From the NCBI GenBank assembly GCA_029881675.1, contig JAOUMD010000003.1, positions 1-61,084 of the forward strand: DNA of 61,084 nt, given 5' to 3'. The notes under the pieces were generated by a model that was given only the letters and a program-made list of their open reading frames with translations, did not search any database and was not told where the DNA came from. The position numbers and the translations under genes were made by a program. Positions 1 through 8,799 of this stretch are shown piece by piece. Position 1 is the stretch's first letter; every line of letters begins with the position of its first letter. Origin of the DNA: Minisyncoccota bacterium. Lineage in GTDB: Bacteria; Patescibacteriota; Microgenomatia; UBA1400; PJMF01.

Positions 1-657
1 CACAACTTTTTCAGCGCTTAATTTAATATTACTTATAATTTTTTTTGTGAAACTAGTGTTAAGTTGGTTCTGAGACTCAGAATAATCTAGATAGATATCA
101 CTTTCAATGATTTCATTTAATTTTTTAACAGCAGGTTTATCAATGATTCCAATTGTATTAGGAACAAATATATCATCTTGTTTTATAGAACCTAATACAT
201 TATGTATTGGCTGATAAAACTCTAAGGGCAATTTTTCTTTATATTTTGATAATTCTGGAATATATCCTGTAAATATAAAATCAGAACCAGTTTTAATACT
301 GTAAATTAAATCTACAAAAAAAAGTTGTGCATTATTAAAATCATTAATAATATTTTTATCATCATTTATACCAAAAGTATATTTTTTAAAAATATCACTT
401 ACCCTGCTTTGAATATCAAAGTATTTTTTGGCATCTGAAACAAGCAATCTTTTTTGTATAAATTCTGGAGACTTATTGTCAAAAACACCTTCTTTATGAT
501 CAAAAATTTGAATAAAATTTGATCCAGATTGTAATAATGATGTATATATAAAGGTTCTAAATTTAAAATCAGGTGTGTTGTTTTCAAAAATTGCACTTAC
601 AGAATCAAGACCTGAAAGGTATCCCACACTATATGGACTAATAAAAGTTTTTCTCAT
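1..657 (-). CDS. hypothetical protein, N-terminal 219 codons (3' end lies beyond window start)
   Basis: Own translation of the minus strand: ATG at 657-655 followed by 219 sense codons with no stop down to position 1 (MRKTFISPYSVGYLSGLDSVSAIFENNTPDF...). It is missing from the ORF track only because it has no in-window stop. The listed 399..596 ORF is another frame inside it. Confidence 0.55.
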   Translation of the reverse strand, partial: MRKTFISPYSVGYLSGLDSVSAIFENNTPDFKFRTFIYTSLLQSGSNFIQIFDHKEGVFDNKSPEFIQKRLLVSDAKKYFDIQSRVSDIFKKYTFGINDDKNIINDFNNAQLFFVDLIYSIKTGSDFIFTGYIPELSKYKEKLPLEFYQPIHNVLGSIKQDDIFVPNTIGIIDKPAVKKLNEIIESDIYLDYSESQNQLNTSFTKKIISNIKLSAEKVV

Positions 658-714
658 TATTTTTAAATAATATTTCGTGAAATTATACCACTCAAATTTT
701 ATATAACTTTTCCT

Positions 715-830
715 ATCGCACTTCTCTCCCGCCTCTAATTTCTATCCATCACAGCCGAGTGCTAACGAGGTTGTGATACACTTTTCTGTCTTAGGCGGGG
801 CGTGTGGGATGAAGTTGGAACGCTTATCTC
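715..830. ncRNA. candidate structured RNA / cis-regulatory element with three nested helices, class unknown
   Basis: G+C-rich patch in an AT-rich divergent intergenic region. Nested complementarity at 720-724/811-815 (ACTTC/GAAGT), 728-734/793-799 (CCCGCCT/AGGCGGG) and 748-753/772-777 (ATCACA/TGTGAT). No credible ORF. Confidence 0.25.
802..821 (+). repeat. intergenic repeat family copy 1 (GTGTGGGATGAAGTTGGAAC)
   Basis: 17/20 identical to 41427-41446 and 17/20 identical to 43469-43488, all in the same orientation. A G-rich segment (GGCGGGGC) precedes it, as in the other copies. Confidence 0.8.
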
Positions 831-904
831 AAGTGAGAACTTATAAAAATACTAGGACTGAAAAACAATGAGTGAGTGAATAAAAAAACTTTAAAGTTGT
901 TGGA

Positions 905-970
905 GTATGGGAGTTATGCTTCCTCCCTCCTTGGTTCCGTTGATGAACGGAGGAAGCATAACTCCCATGC
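905..970. repeat. long perfect inverted repeat (hairpin)
   Basis: 907-926 (ATGGGAGTTATGCTTCCTCC) is the exact reverse complement of 949-968. This gives a 20-bp stem, extendable by G-C and T-G at 905/906 with 970/969. The 22-nt loop contains a further GTTC/GAAC pairing. Confidence 0.9.
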
Positions 971-1211
971 TGGTGCATGTCAAGTTTAGTTTTTTTAATA
1001 ACTTTAATATTGAAAATATTAACATAAATTTTTCCCTGTTTAGTATTGAAATATCGGTCTATTTTATATACTTTATTATATCACTTTTGAGGAAAATCTC
1101 CAGGAGAAAACGCAAAAAAACGTGAGCGGGGAGTATTGGATTTGAACTTTAATCTACTTAATAAACGGTTATATATTGCTAAGCAATCTTAATATTGCTA
1201 CTATTATTTAT

Positions 1212-1985
1212 ATGACAAAGAAAAAATCCCCCGCCCCTTTTCCAATGCAAGCAGTCTTAATGGCTGTTGTTTTTTTAATGATTGGATTTGTTTTGGGCAA
1301 AAAAATTGATATAAATAAATTAATTACTCAGACACCTGACCAAGTAATGGAAGAAAGAGCATACATTGGAGAAGCAATTGAGCTTCCTCAGCCAAGAAAA
1401 GATGGTCGAATGTCAGTTGAAAAGGCAATGCAAGAAAGAAGATCAAAGAGAGCCTACACTGATGATGCTATGGCACTTGATGATGTTTCCCAAATACTTT
1501 GGGCTATCCAAGGACAAACAGCTGATTGGGGTGGAAGAACAGTCCCATCTGCAAAAGGAGCATATCCTTTAAATGTTACTGTTGTTGCAAAGAATGTTGA
1601 CGGATTAGAAGCTGGTGTATATCACTTTGACTCTGCCACTCATTCTTTAATGCAAGTAATGGCAGAAATCCCAGCTCAGTTTGATGAAGCTGCTGTCCAA
1701 GGACAAAATAAAAAAGCTCCAGTAGCATTTATCCTTTCTGGTGACTACACTGCTATGACAAAAGCATTTGATGGAAAGAGTAATGATCAAAATGTCGTCT
1801 TAGAAGCTGGTCATGCTGGTCAAAATGTTTACCTTCAAGTTGAGAGTCTTGGGTTAGGAACAGTTGTCTCAGGTGGATTTAATAAAGTATTAATGAAAGA
1901 AATATTGGATATTCCTGCTCAAGAAGATTTGTTCTACTTGATTCCAGTTGGTATCCCAGCAACACAAGAAGCAGCAACACATTAA
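1212..1985 (+). CDS. nitroreductase-family (SagB-type dehydrogenase-like) protein with N-terminal membrane anchor
   Basis: ORF 1176..1985; the ATG at 1212 is the likelier start (MTKKKSPAPF...). Hydrophobic N-terminus, then RRSKRAY...LSQILWAIQG...GAYPLNV...GVYHF, typical of the nitroreductase/SagB fold. Confidence 0.7.
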   Translation: MTKKKSPAPFPMQAVLMAVVFLMIGFVLGKKIDINKLITQTPDQVMEERAYIGEAIELPQPRKDGRMSVEKAMQERRSKRAYTDDAMALDDVSQILWAIQGQTADWGGRTVPSAKGAYPLNVTVVAKNVDGLEAGVYHFDSATHSLMQVMAEIPAQFDEAAVQGQNKKAPVAFILSGDYTAMTKAFDGKSNDQNVVLEAGHAGQNVYLQVESLGLGTVVSGGFNKVLMKEILDIPAQEDLFYLIPVGIPATQEAATH

Positions 1986-1989
1986 AGAT

Positions 1990-2355
1990 ATGAAACAAAA
2001 AAATATAATAGCATTAGCACTAATTTTATTAAGTTCTGGATTTATATTCTCTGCTTGTCTTCCTGAAAAAGAAGCTGTGGTTGTAGAAATAAAACCTACT
2101 CCAGAAGTTAATTATACTCTTGAGGATGTGAAGGGACATAAGACTAAGGCTGATTGCTGGCAAGCTATTAGTGGAATTGTTTATGACTTCACTCCATATT
2201 TAGCTGATGCTAAACACCCAGGTGGAGATGCAATGGCAAAGGACTGTGGCACTGATGCAACCTTTAGGTATGAGAATGACCCTGAGCATTCTGACTATGC
2301 TAAGTCTCTCTTACCTGAGTATGCTATCGGTAAGTTGGTCGTTGCTGAAAAATAG
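1990..2355 (+). CDS. cytochrome b5-like heme-binding domain lipoprotein
   Basis: Start at ATG 1990 gives MKQKNIIALALILLSSGFIFSAC, a lipobox signal. The CWQAISGIVYDFTPYL..HPGG motif is typical of Cyt-b5-like domains. The longer track ORF from 1948 overlaps the upstream gene. Confidence 0.65.
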   Translation: MKQKNIIALALILLSSGFIFSACLPEKEAVVVEIKPTPEVNYTLEDVKGHKTKADCWQAISGIVYDFTPYLADAKHPGGDAMAKDCGTDATFRYENDPEHSDYAKSLLPEYAIGKLVVAEK

Positions 2356-2374
2356 TTTATTTTTAATATAATAA

Positions 2375-2408
2375 AACGCTTCATCTTGTATGATGAAGCG
2401 TTGTTTTT
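2375..2408. terminator. bidirectional intrinsic terminator
   Basis: 11-bp stem AACGCTTCATC/GATGAAGCGTT with a 6-nt loop, followed by GTTTTT on the plus strand and preceded by an A/T run. It sits between convergent genes. Confidence 0.75.
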
Positions 2409-2420
2409 ATGTTTTTGTTG

Positions 2421-2645
2421 TTATCGTCCAAATATTGTCTCCATTACAGCTGTCAAGATCAATACCAGTATTAGTGTGCCCAAGAGAGTGATTACTCCAA
2501 GGGAGATAGTCATGCCAATCAGTACAGCGATTGGCCCGAATAAAAAACGTTCAAATTTACTAGTTTGGTGTCCATCAATGTTTACGTCATCGGTGACAAA
2601 CACACAAATTAGTCCAATGATAATGTACAAGATCACAAAATTCAT
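2421..2645 (-). CDS. small membrane protein (74 aa), hypothetical
   Basis: ATG at 2645 is preceded by AGAGGA 7 nt upstream. Two hydrophobic helices (MNFVILYIIIGLICVF..., IAVLIGMTISLGVITLLGTLILVLILTAV). The TTG start in the track is less likely. Confidence 0.5.
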   Translation of the reverse strand: MNFVILYIIIGLICVFVTDDVNIDGHQTSKFERFLFGPIAVLIGMTISLGVITLLGTLILVLILTAVMETIFGR

Positions 2646-2698
2646 CTTTATCCTCTTTATTCTCTCAGCAAAATTCAAATCAAACAGATAACAAAGGG

Positions 2699-2730
2699 TA
2701 TTTTATGATTATAGGATAAATATGTCAACT
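2699..2730 (-). promoter_or_regulatory. promoter module copy 1 (minus strand TTGACA-17-TAAAAT with an embedded TATAAT)
   Basis: Minus strand reads AGTTGACATATTTATCCTATAATCATAAAATA. It is 28/32 identical to 30507-30538 and lies about 50 nt upstream of the 74-aa membrane protein gene. Confidence 0.5.
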
Positions 2731-2833
2731 AAAGTGTCAAAATGATCCTGTACTTTGACGCTGTTCGAACTTTTTTTGATTATAAATCAATCAATTAGAG
2801 ACTTTAGAAAAGATTAATGTTAAAAATAGATAT

Positions 2834-3253
2834 ATGTCAAAAGAAACTCAAACTTCATTTCTTAATCCAGAAAAACCAAACTTTTATATGGATGATATAT
2901 TCAACATTGCAGATAAAGTTTCAGATGAAAATGGAATAATTCTTCCTGATATAACAGAAGCTGATTTAGCAATTCCTATGACAATTGGGAGTGAAGTTGT
3001 AGGCTTAGGATTTCTTTTTATTAAGGGAGATGAGGCTGTGTTAATGAGAATGATAGATCCAGATCATCAGGGAAAAGGCTTAAGTTATAAATTGATGGAT
3101 GAAATAATTAGAATTGCACAAAAAAAAGGTGTTTCAAAATTAGTTTCTGTTGTAAAAGATACATTATCTTCAAGAAAAGCCCTAGAATCGTCTGGATTTG
3201 AAATTGACTGGGAAGAGGAAGGAAAAATTAGATACGTTAAACAACTAAATTAG
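2834..3253 (+). CDS. GNAT-family N-acetyltransferase
   Basis: HQGKGLSYKLMDEIIRIAQKKGVSKL matches the acetyl-CoA binding motif A (Q/RxxGxG/A). Confidence 0.6.
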   Translation: MSKETQTSFLNPEKPNFYMDDIFNIADKVSDENGIILPDITEADLAIPMTIGSEVVGLGFLFIKGDEAVLMRMIDPDHQGKGLSYKLMDEIIRIAQKKGVSKLVSVVKDTLSSRKALESSGFEIDWEEEGKIRYVKQLN

Positions 3254-3267
3254 GTTATAGACTTGTG

Positions 3268-3338
3268 ATCCCGTGCCAGGGGTCGAACCTAGGATAACTG
3301 ATTCAGAGACAGTTGTGATGCCACTTCACTACACGGGA
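3268..3338 (-). tRNA. tRNA-Gln (anticodon CTG)
   Basis: Hand-folded cloverleaf from TCCCGTGTAGTGAAGTGGCATCACAACTGTCTCTGAATCAGTTATCCTAGGTTCGACCCCTGGCACGGGAT. It has a 7-bp acceptor stem with U1-A72, a 4-bp D stem, anticodon loop CTCTGAA and T loop TTCGACC. No CCA is encoded. Confidence 0.85.
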
Positions 3339-3453
3339 TTGTTAACTTGGGGTAATTATAACCTAGGTTTATTTAAAACCAAAATTTGCTTTTATCTTTG
3401 ATAAATAATACTTTTGCTTGTTATATATTAATTGTTCTATAATTTTCTTTAAT

Positions 3454-3879
3454 ATGAAAGACAAAAAATCATCGTCAAATAAGAACCTAATTATGCGTAT
3501 CTATCTATTCTTCTTTATGGGAGTAGGTTTAATTATGATGGTTATTGGTACATATGGCTTAGGTCAGAATTTTTATAAATCTAAATTACTTCCTAAATAT
3601 CCTCTAGGTGGATATGAGCAACGCTGTGACTATTTAGAAGGATCCCCACGGGCTATGCCAATTGGAAAACCTGGAGTAATGATAGAAGATGTTGAGTTAA
3701 GTGAAGAAGTTATAGAGAAGAATAAGAAAGCTGTTGCTGACTGTGAAGCTAATTTAGCTGAAGAAAGACAAACTAGAAAAGTTACTGATTTATATAATTC
3801 ATTGATTACTTTCTCTATTGGGTTTGTTCTATTTAGTAGTCATTTGATCGTAAATATAAAAGTGGGAAGTAAGTCTTAG
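3454..3879 (+). CDS. hypothetical membrane protein
   Basis: ORF with N- and C-terminal hydrophobic helices flanking a charged region. Start taken at ATG 3454 (MKDKKSS). Confidence 0.45.
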   Translation: MKDKKSSSNKNLIMRIYLFFFMGVGLIMMVIGTYGLGQNFYKSKLLPKYPLGGYEQRCDYLEGSPRAMPIGKPGVMIEDVELSEEVIEKNKKAVADCEANLAEERQTRKVTDLYNSLITFSIGFVLFSSHLIVNIKVGSKS

Positions 3880-3937
3880 ATATGTATTTATTTTACTCGA
3901 TACTAGTGTTTAGCTTGTTATGTTAAACTAAGTATTA

Positions 3938-4645
3938 GTGAAAAATTTCATTAATCAAGACGCTTATTTAACTGAGTTTAATGTGCATAAAAAATATGCA
4001 TCCTCTGAATTAATTCTTGATCTTGTTTGGACTCACTGTAACATCATTGCTGATATTGCTCTTAATCTTATCCAAAAAAATAATTTAAGTAATGCTGAAT
4101 ATCATCCAGGTGTTGTGGTACAAGCAGCACTACTTCATGACATTGGTGTTTACGTTTGTGATGGTTATGAATGGTTAACTAATCAACCTCCATTTAATAA
4201 GCCATATGTGCAACATACTCTTGCTGGAGCATGGATTTTAAAAGAAGAAGGTTTTAGTGCTGATGTTATTCAGGTTGCCCATGTTCATGCAGGTGTGGGA
4301 ATTACAAATGATGATATAAATAAGTTTGGTTTACAATTGCCAGATGGTGACTATGTCCCTACTACACCAGTCCAAAGACTTGTTACTTATTCAGCTAAGT
4401 TTCATTCAAAAGCACCAAAGTTTAAAACAGTAGAAGAAATAGAAGAATCATTGAAAAGATATGGTGATGAAAAGAATAAAATATTTAGAGAATTTGTTAG
4501 TGAGTATGGCCATCCTGATTTAGACTCAATCATAAAGAAATATGATACTTGGCATCAAGCTTTTGCATATGAAACTGGGCAGTTAACTAATATAACAACG
4601 GCTCCAAATTTAAACTCAGCAGGAATTGCTACTCATCCTTTTTAA
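3938..4645 (+). CDS. HD-domain phosphohydrolase
   Basis: H...ALLHDIGV...H pattern of the HD superfamily. GTG start as in the track. Confidence 0.6.
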   Translation: MKNFINQDAYLTEFNVHKKYASSELILDLVWTHCNIIADIALNLIQKNNLSNAEYHPGVVVQAALLHDIGVYVCDGYEWLTNQPPFNKPYVQHTLAGAWILKEEGFSADVIQVAHVHAGVGITNDDINKFGLQLPDGDYVPTTPVQRLVTYSAKFHSKAPKFKTVEEIEESLKRYGDEKNKIFREFVSEYGHPDLDSIIKKYDTWHQAFAYETGQLTNITTAPNLNSAGIATHPF

Positions 4646-6031
4646 TTATTCAAACATTTGTTTGGTACGAAGTTTTTTATGTTGTTTTTGAGCAAAGCGA
4701 TGTGATTCATCTCTGATTTGTTGAAGAATGTTTAGAGTAGGGTGGCTTGGATCTAACTTTATTATTTTATATTCAATCTTTGGTTTGGTTCCACTTACCT
4801 TAGTTCTTTCATTGATTAGAGGAATAACTATCCTATCAGGGTTTTTAACCAGACCGATTATTGGAGTTTGCCACTGCCAAACACTTAGCGCTGCTCTAAC
4901 CTGACCCTTTCCCCCATCTACCATGATTAGGTTTGGTTTTCCCCACTCTGGATGGTCTTGACGACGTATTAATGCTTCTTTCATCATGCCATAATCATTT
5001 GGAGTATCAAGAGTTTTAATATTAAAAATTTTATATTTACTTTTATCTGGTTGTCCATCGGTAAAGGTAACCAAAGAAACAGATGGATTTGTACCTTGGA
5101 TATTACTAACATCATATCCTTCAATAGTTGTTAGAGGCCAGCCTTTTGGGATAGCTAAATAGTCTCTAAGTATTTTTTGAAGTTGGATTAATCCCTCACT
5201 TGTTCTTGTTAGCTGAAGTTGTGGAAGAGTTAAATTGGGGCTAAGTTTTCTCTGTGTAACATCTTCAATTAATTCAAGTTGCTCTTTTCTGATTTGAGCT
5301 TTTTCAAATTCTTCATCTTTTGAAAATTGCGTCATTTCTGCTGTTATTTGTTTGACCACAGTTTTCTTTTTTCCTCTAAGGAATAGAATTAAATTTTTAA
5401 TATTGTCATTATAGTCTTGGCTAGTAATTTCCCCAGTACAAGCTCCAGAACAAAGATCAATGTGATAGTAGAAACAAGCTGTATCCCCACTAGGATTTTT
5501 ACACCACTTAAATATTTTTCTGACTAATTTTAAGACCTCTTTTACTTTAAATGCACTTGGGAATGGTCCAAGGACAGTTCCTTTAGGAGTTTTTCTGATT
5601 AGTTCCTTTTTCCTTAAAGTTAAAACTCGAGGAAATTTCTCATTTGTAATATGAATATATAAAGGAGTTTTATCATCCTTAAGTAAGATATTATATTTTG
5701 GTTGATGAGTTCTAATTAATTCTGCTTCAACAAGTAATGCTTCAAGCTCACTTTCTAGAACTTTAAATTTAAGTGTTGCTGCCGTAGTAGAGAGTTGTTT
5801 GATTCGATTGTTTAATCTAGTTGTTTGGGTATATGAGCGGATTCTATTACGAAGTTTTTTAGCTTTTCCGACGTAGAGTACTTCTCCATTTTGAGATAAG
5901 AACCAATATACTCCCGGAGATAAGGGCAAGTGTGACAAATCCTGCGCCCACGCTAAGGGTGAAGATTGGGTTTTCAAATCTTTTGAAGGCAATTGGGACA
6001 ACTGTAGTGGTGATGTTGGCTGTTTTGTCAT
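4646..6031 (-). CDS. uvrC: excinuclease ABC subunit C, short form lacking the C-terminal (HhH)2 domain
   Basis: GIY-YIG motif (GVYWFLSQNGEVLYVGKAKKLRNRIRSY), UVR motif (EFEKAQIRKEQL) and RDESHRFA near the C-terminus. The start is uncertain because the longest ORF overlaps the upstream gene by 173 nt and contains in-frame TTG codons. Confidence 0.85.
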   Translation of the reverse strand: MTKQPTSPLQLSQLPSKDLKTQSSPLAWAQDLSHLPLSPGVYWFLSQNGEVLYVGKAKKLRNRIRSYTQTTRLNNRIKQLSTTAATLKFKVLESELEALLVEAELIRTHQPKYNILLKDDKTPLYIHITNEKFPRVLTLRKKELIRKTPKGTVLGPFPSAFKVKEVLKLVRKIFKWCKNPSGDTACFYYHIDLCSGACTGEITSQDYNDNIKNLILFLRGKKKTVVKQITAEMTQFSKDEEFEKAQIRKEQLELIEDVTQRKLSPNLTLPQLQLTRTSEGLIQLQKILRDYLAIPKGWPLTTIEGYDVSNIQGTNPSVSLVTFTDGQPDKSKYKIFNIKTLDTPNDYGMMKEALIRRQDHPEWGKPNLIMVDGGKGQVRAALSVWQWQTPIIGLVKNPDRIVIPLINERTKVSGTKPKIEYKIIKLDPSHPTLNILQQIRDESHRFAQKQHKKLRTKQMFE

Positions 6032-7745
6032 TGTAACTTATATTTATGTTTTCTTGTTTTGGCCAGAAAAAGCCGTCTGCATAAGCATTTATTTTAACTT
6101 CTTTTTTCTCAAAAGGTAGCAGGTAATTTATTTTATAGTCACTAGGAAGAGTTAATCTAGTCTCATTATTTTCTGGAGTAAAGTTAAGGCTCAAATTATA
6201 ATGAGCTTGTCCTGTCCTGTTAAATATATATAGCTTAGTTGATCCTGGAACTGGCCAATTAAGTAAATTATTATCTACAATTTTGAATTCTAAATCAGGA
6301 GAGACACTGAGAAATTGGTTTGAGAAACTAACTTCAATATCTTTGGCCCCTTCTTCTCCTTCTAACTTATATGATCCGGCTGGGTATGGGAGCTGACTAG
6401 ATTGTCCATTGATGGCAAAGACAATGTGATTTAGATCAAATTGATTAAAGTAGTCTACTCCACCAGAAGTATTCTCCCAGGTTGGGTCTACTGGGATCCA
6501 ACTACCTTTCTCATTATCAAAATATTCTGGCCAGGCATGAAGAATGTCTTCAACAAAACTTAATGGTCTAAGAATTTCATTTTGAGTATATGAATATCCG
6601 GTTATTCTACGGGATGGAACTCCTTGAGCCCTTGCAAAAGTGATAAACAGATCTGAGAACTCTTGGCATAGCGATCCGCTAGGGTTTTCAAGAGCACCTA
6701 ATGCACCAAGTCTTTCTACTTCGTTATCTAAATTGTTATAGTCATATTCAAGAGAATCGACAACATAGTCATATGAATCTTTGAGTGACGAGAATCCACT
6801 TGTTAATTCTGTAATATTTTTATGATCTGTAGGCCAGTATTTTTGGGAGTTAAGTAAGTTTTTATCTGGCTGGGCAAAAGGAATACTATTATCTGGGTCT
6901 AGAGTTATTTTTATTAGTAAGTGAGCATTAACGATAGTGGCACTATTTGGTTCTAATCTATAAGTTGCAATCCAATTTCCATCAATATCTTTATGAATTT
7001 CATTTGGAATTGGGTCAAGTGTTTTATAATTTACCCTTTGATATGGAGTATCAGGTGGAAGTGCTACTTGGGTAATATTAGTAGTGTTGGTTGGATTTTC
7101 GAGAGAATACCTTAAATCCATGTCAAATATTTGAGTATTACCAAAAAGAAGCGAAGCTCCTTCTCCCCGAAGGTTTTCAAATGTGGTTAAAATGTCTTGA
7201 GAATCTGAGCTGAGTCTAGTATTAAATGATTGAGGTCTAGCTCGAGTAGGAAGGCCAAAAGCAAGAGGAGTGAAAATACTGACTTTATGTTGATCAAACT
7301 CATCTGGGTTTGCTTGATGTGGGATAGAAACTTCAAGAACTTGGCCACTGATAACAGCTACATCTGGATTATTATATGTAATGGTAAAGTCACGAGCTTT
7401 ATTTTGACCAACTACTTGGTCTGGGAAAGTGATACCAATATTAGTTAGATTGTTTGTGCTGACAACTTCTGTAGAAATTTCTTCTCCAGAGTTGTCTCTA
7501 GTGACAACGTTTGTAATTTCACTTGAGCTTAATTTGAGACCATACTGCTTTATAAAGACAGTAGGGTTAAGATTTTTTATTTTAAAATGATGAGATACTT
7601 TTGTGTCTCCATTTGCAGTAACTGTGTAGGAAGTATCTAAATTTACAGAGAAGTCTCTTTCTTGGGCTTTGACAGAACTAGTGGCAATAAAGGCCAGAGC
7701 AACAAAAACAACCAGTGCAAAAACTGTTTTTTTAATTAAGTTCAT
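5859..7745 (-). CDS. secreted/anchored transglutaminase-like cysteine protease-fold protein
   Basis: Signal peptide (MNLIKKTVFALVVFVALAFIATSSVKA). Transglutaminase core Cys-His-Asp (GSLCQEFSDLF, HAWPEYF, VDPTW). C-terminal TM helix. Confidence 0.75.
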   Translation of the reverse strand: MNLIKKTVFALVVFVALAFIATSSVKAQERDFSVNLDTSYTVTANGDTKVSHHFKIKNLNPTVFIKQYGLKLSSSEITNVVTRDNSGEEISTEVVSTNNLTNIGITFPDQVVGQNKARDFTITYNNPDVAVISGQVLEVSIPHQANPDEFDQHKVSIFTPLAFGLPTRARPQSFNTRLSSDSQDILTTFENLRGEGASLLFGNTQIFDMDLRYSLENPTNTTNITQVALPPDTPYQRVNYKTLDPIPNEIHKDIDGNWIATYRLEPNSATIVNAHLLIKITLDPDNSIPFAQPDKNLLNSQKYWPTDHKNITELTSGFSSLKDSYDYVVDSLEYDYNNLDNEVERLGALGALENPSGSLCQEFSDLFITFARAQGVPSRRITGYSYTQNEILRPLSFVEDILHAWPEYFDNEKGSWIPVDPTWENTSGGVDYFNQFDLNHIVFAINGQSSQLPYPAGSYKLEGEEGAKDIEVSFSNQFLSVSPDLEFKIVDNNLLNWPVPGSTKLYIFNRTGQAHYNLSLNFTPENNETRLTLPSDYKINYLLPFEKKEVKINAYADGFFWPKQENINISYNDKTANITTTVVPIAFKRFENPIFTLSVGAGFVTLALISGSILVLISKWRSTLRRKS

Positions 7746-7851
7746 TACCTTCCATTTTAACCTAAAAATTACTCCTATGTTTACCCTATTAATGATCTGG
7801 TAGAATCAAAAATATATCGTTATAAAAAAAATAATATACTTGAGGAAACAT

Positions 7852-8778
7852 ATGGAAATCAAAAAAATTATAGTTACAGGTGGTTCAGGTTTTTTAGGTC
7901 ATCACTTGCTTAGAGCTTTAGACAAGGCTGGTTACCAGGCTAAAAATATTGATTTAAGAGAAAATAAAGAGTTTGAGACTGTTATTGCTGATGTCAGAGA
8001 TACTGAGAAGATGCTCGAAGAAGTTAAAGATGCCGATATGGTCTTTCACTTAGCTAGCTTGATTGAAGCTGGAGAGTCTGTAGAAAAACCTCAAAAATAT
8101 ATTGATTACAACATTGATGGCACTTTAAGTGTGCTTGAAGCAATGAAAGCTAATGGAATTAAGACCTTTATTTTCTCTTCCAGTGCTGCCGTCTATGGTG
8201 AACCAATCAGAGTCCCGATAAAAGAAGATGATAGAACTATGCCGGTTAATCCATATGGTATGACCAAGTTAGCCATGGAAGCACTTCTCTCTTCATATGT
8301 GGGAGCTCATGGCTTTACAGGGATTGCTCTGAGATACTTTAATCTTTATGGTCCAGGAGAACATCATGAGCCAGAAACTCATGCTATGCCAAGATTTATT
8401 AAGCAAATCTATGATGACAAAGAAGTAACTGTCTGGGGTTCTGGAGAACATAAGCGTGACTATGTCCATGTAACAGATATTGTTGATGCTCATCTTAAAG
8501 CAATTAAGCTTGCAGAAAGAGAACCAGAGAAATATCACTATATGAATCTCTCTGCAGAAGATCCTGCTTCAGTGCTTGATATTGTCAGTGCTGTAGAAAA
8601 AGCAATGAATAAAAAAGCTAATGTAAAACACTTCGATCCTAGACCTGGAGATCCTCTTCTTCTTTATGCAGATGCAACAAAAGCAAAGGAAACTCTATCT
8701 TGGGAAGCTAAGATTAGCTTAGAAGATGGAATTAAAGAAGTTGTTGATTACTTTACAGAGTATTGGGAGAAGAATTAG
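7852..8778 (+). CDS. NAD-dependent epimerase/dehydratase (UDP-glucose 4-epimerase-like)
   Basis: VTGGSGFLGHHL Rossmann motif and YGMTKLAME (YxxxK). GAGGAA lies upstream of ATG 7852. Confidence 0.8.
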   Translation: MEIKKIIVTGGSGFLGHHLLRALDKAGYQAKNIDLRENKEFETVIADVRDTEKMLEEVKDADMVFHLASLIEAGESVEKPQKYIDYNIDGTLSVLEAMKANGIKTFIFSSSAAVYGEPIRVPIKEDDRTMPVNPYGMTKLAMEALLSSYVGAHGFTGIALRYFNLYGPGEHHEPETHAMPRFIKQIYDDKEVTVWGSGEHKRDYVHVTDIVDAHLKAIKLAEREPEKYHYMNLSAEDPASVLDIVSAVEKAMNKKANVKHFDPRPGDPLLLYADATKAKETLSWEAKISLEDGIKEVVDYFTEYWEKN

Positions 8779-8799
8779 TTCAAAGTTTATCAATTTAAT

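Noticed and set aside
399-596. Track ORF of 65 aa on the minus strand.
   Set aside because: It lies entirely inside the longer open frame 657..1 on the same strand, which runs off the window. It is a different reading frame with low-complexity content.
905-970. The hairpin contains GGAGGAAGCA, reminiscent of the SRP RNA helix-8 GGAAGCAGCC motif. I considered whether 700-970 could be SRP, RNase P, tmRNA or 6S RNA.
   Set aside because: The stem is a perfect duplex without the conserved symmetric and asymmetric loops or the GNRA tetraloop of SRP RNA. There is no GAGGAAAGUCC (RNase P), and no tRNA-like ends or tag ORF (tmRNA). No class could be supported.
907-1125. Track ORF of 72 aa (MGVMLPPSLVPLMNGGSITPM...).
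   Set aside because: It starts inside the 5' arm of the 20-bp perfect hairpin and reads through both arms. This produces a quasi-palindromic peptide, followed by low-complexity AT-rich sequence. There is no SD. It is most likely an artefact of the palindrome.
5859-6031. The 173-nt same-strand overlap of uvrC with the upstream gene as programmed frameshifting or a gene fusion.
   Set aside because: The two frames differ, and the upstream protein ends with a complete TM anchor and basic tail. The overlapping uvrC codons precede the GIY-YIG domain, are not conserved-looking, and contain in-frame TTG candidates. A mis-called start is the simpler explanation.
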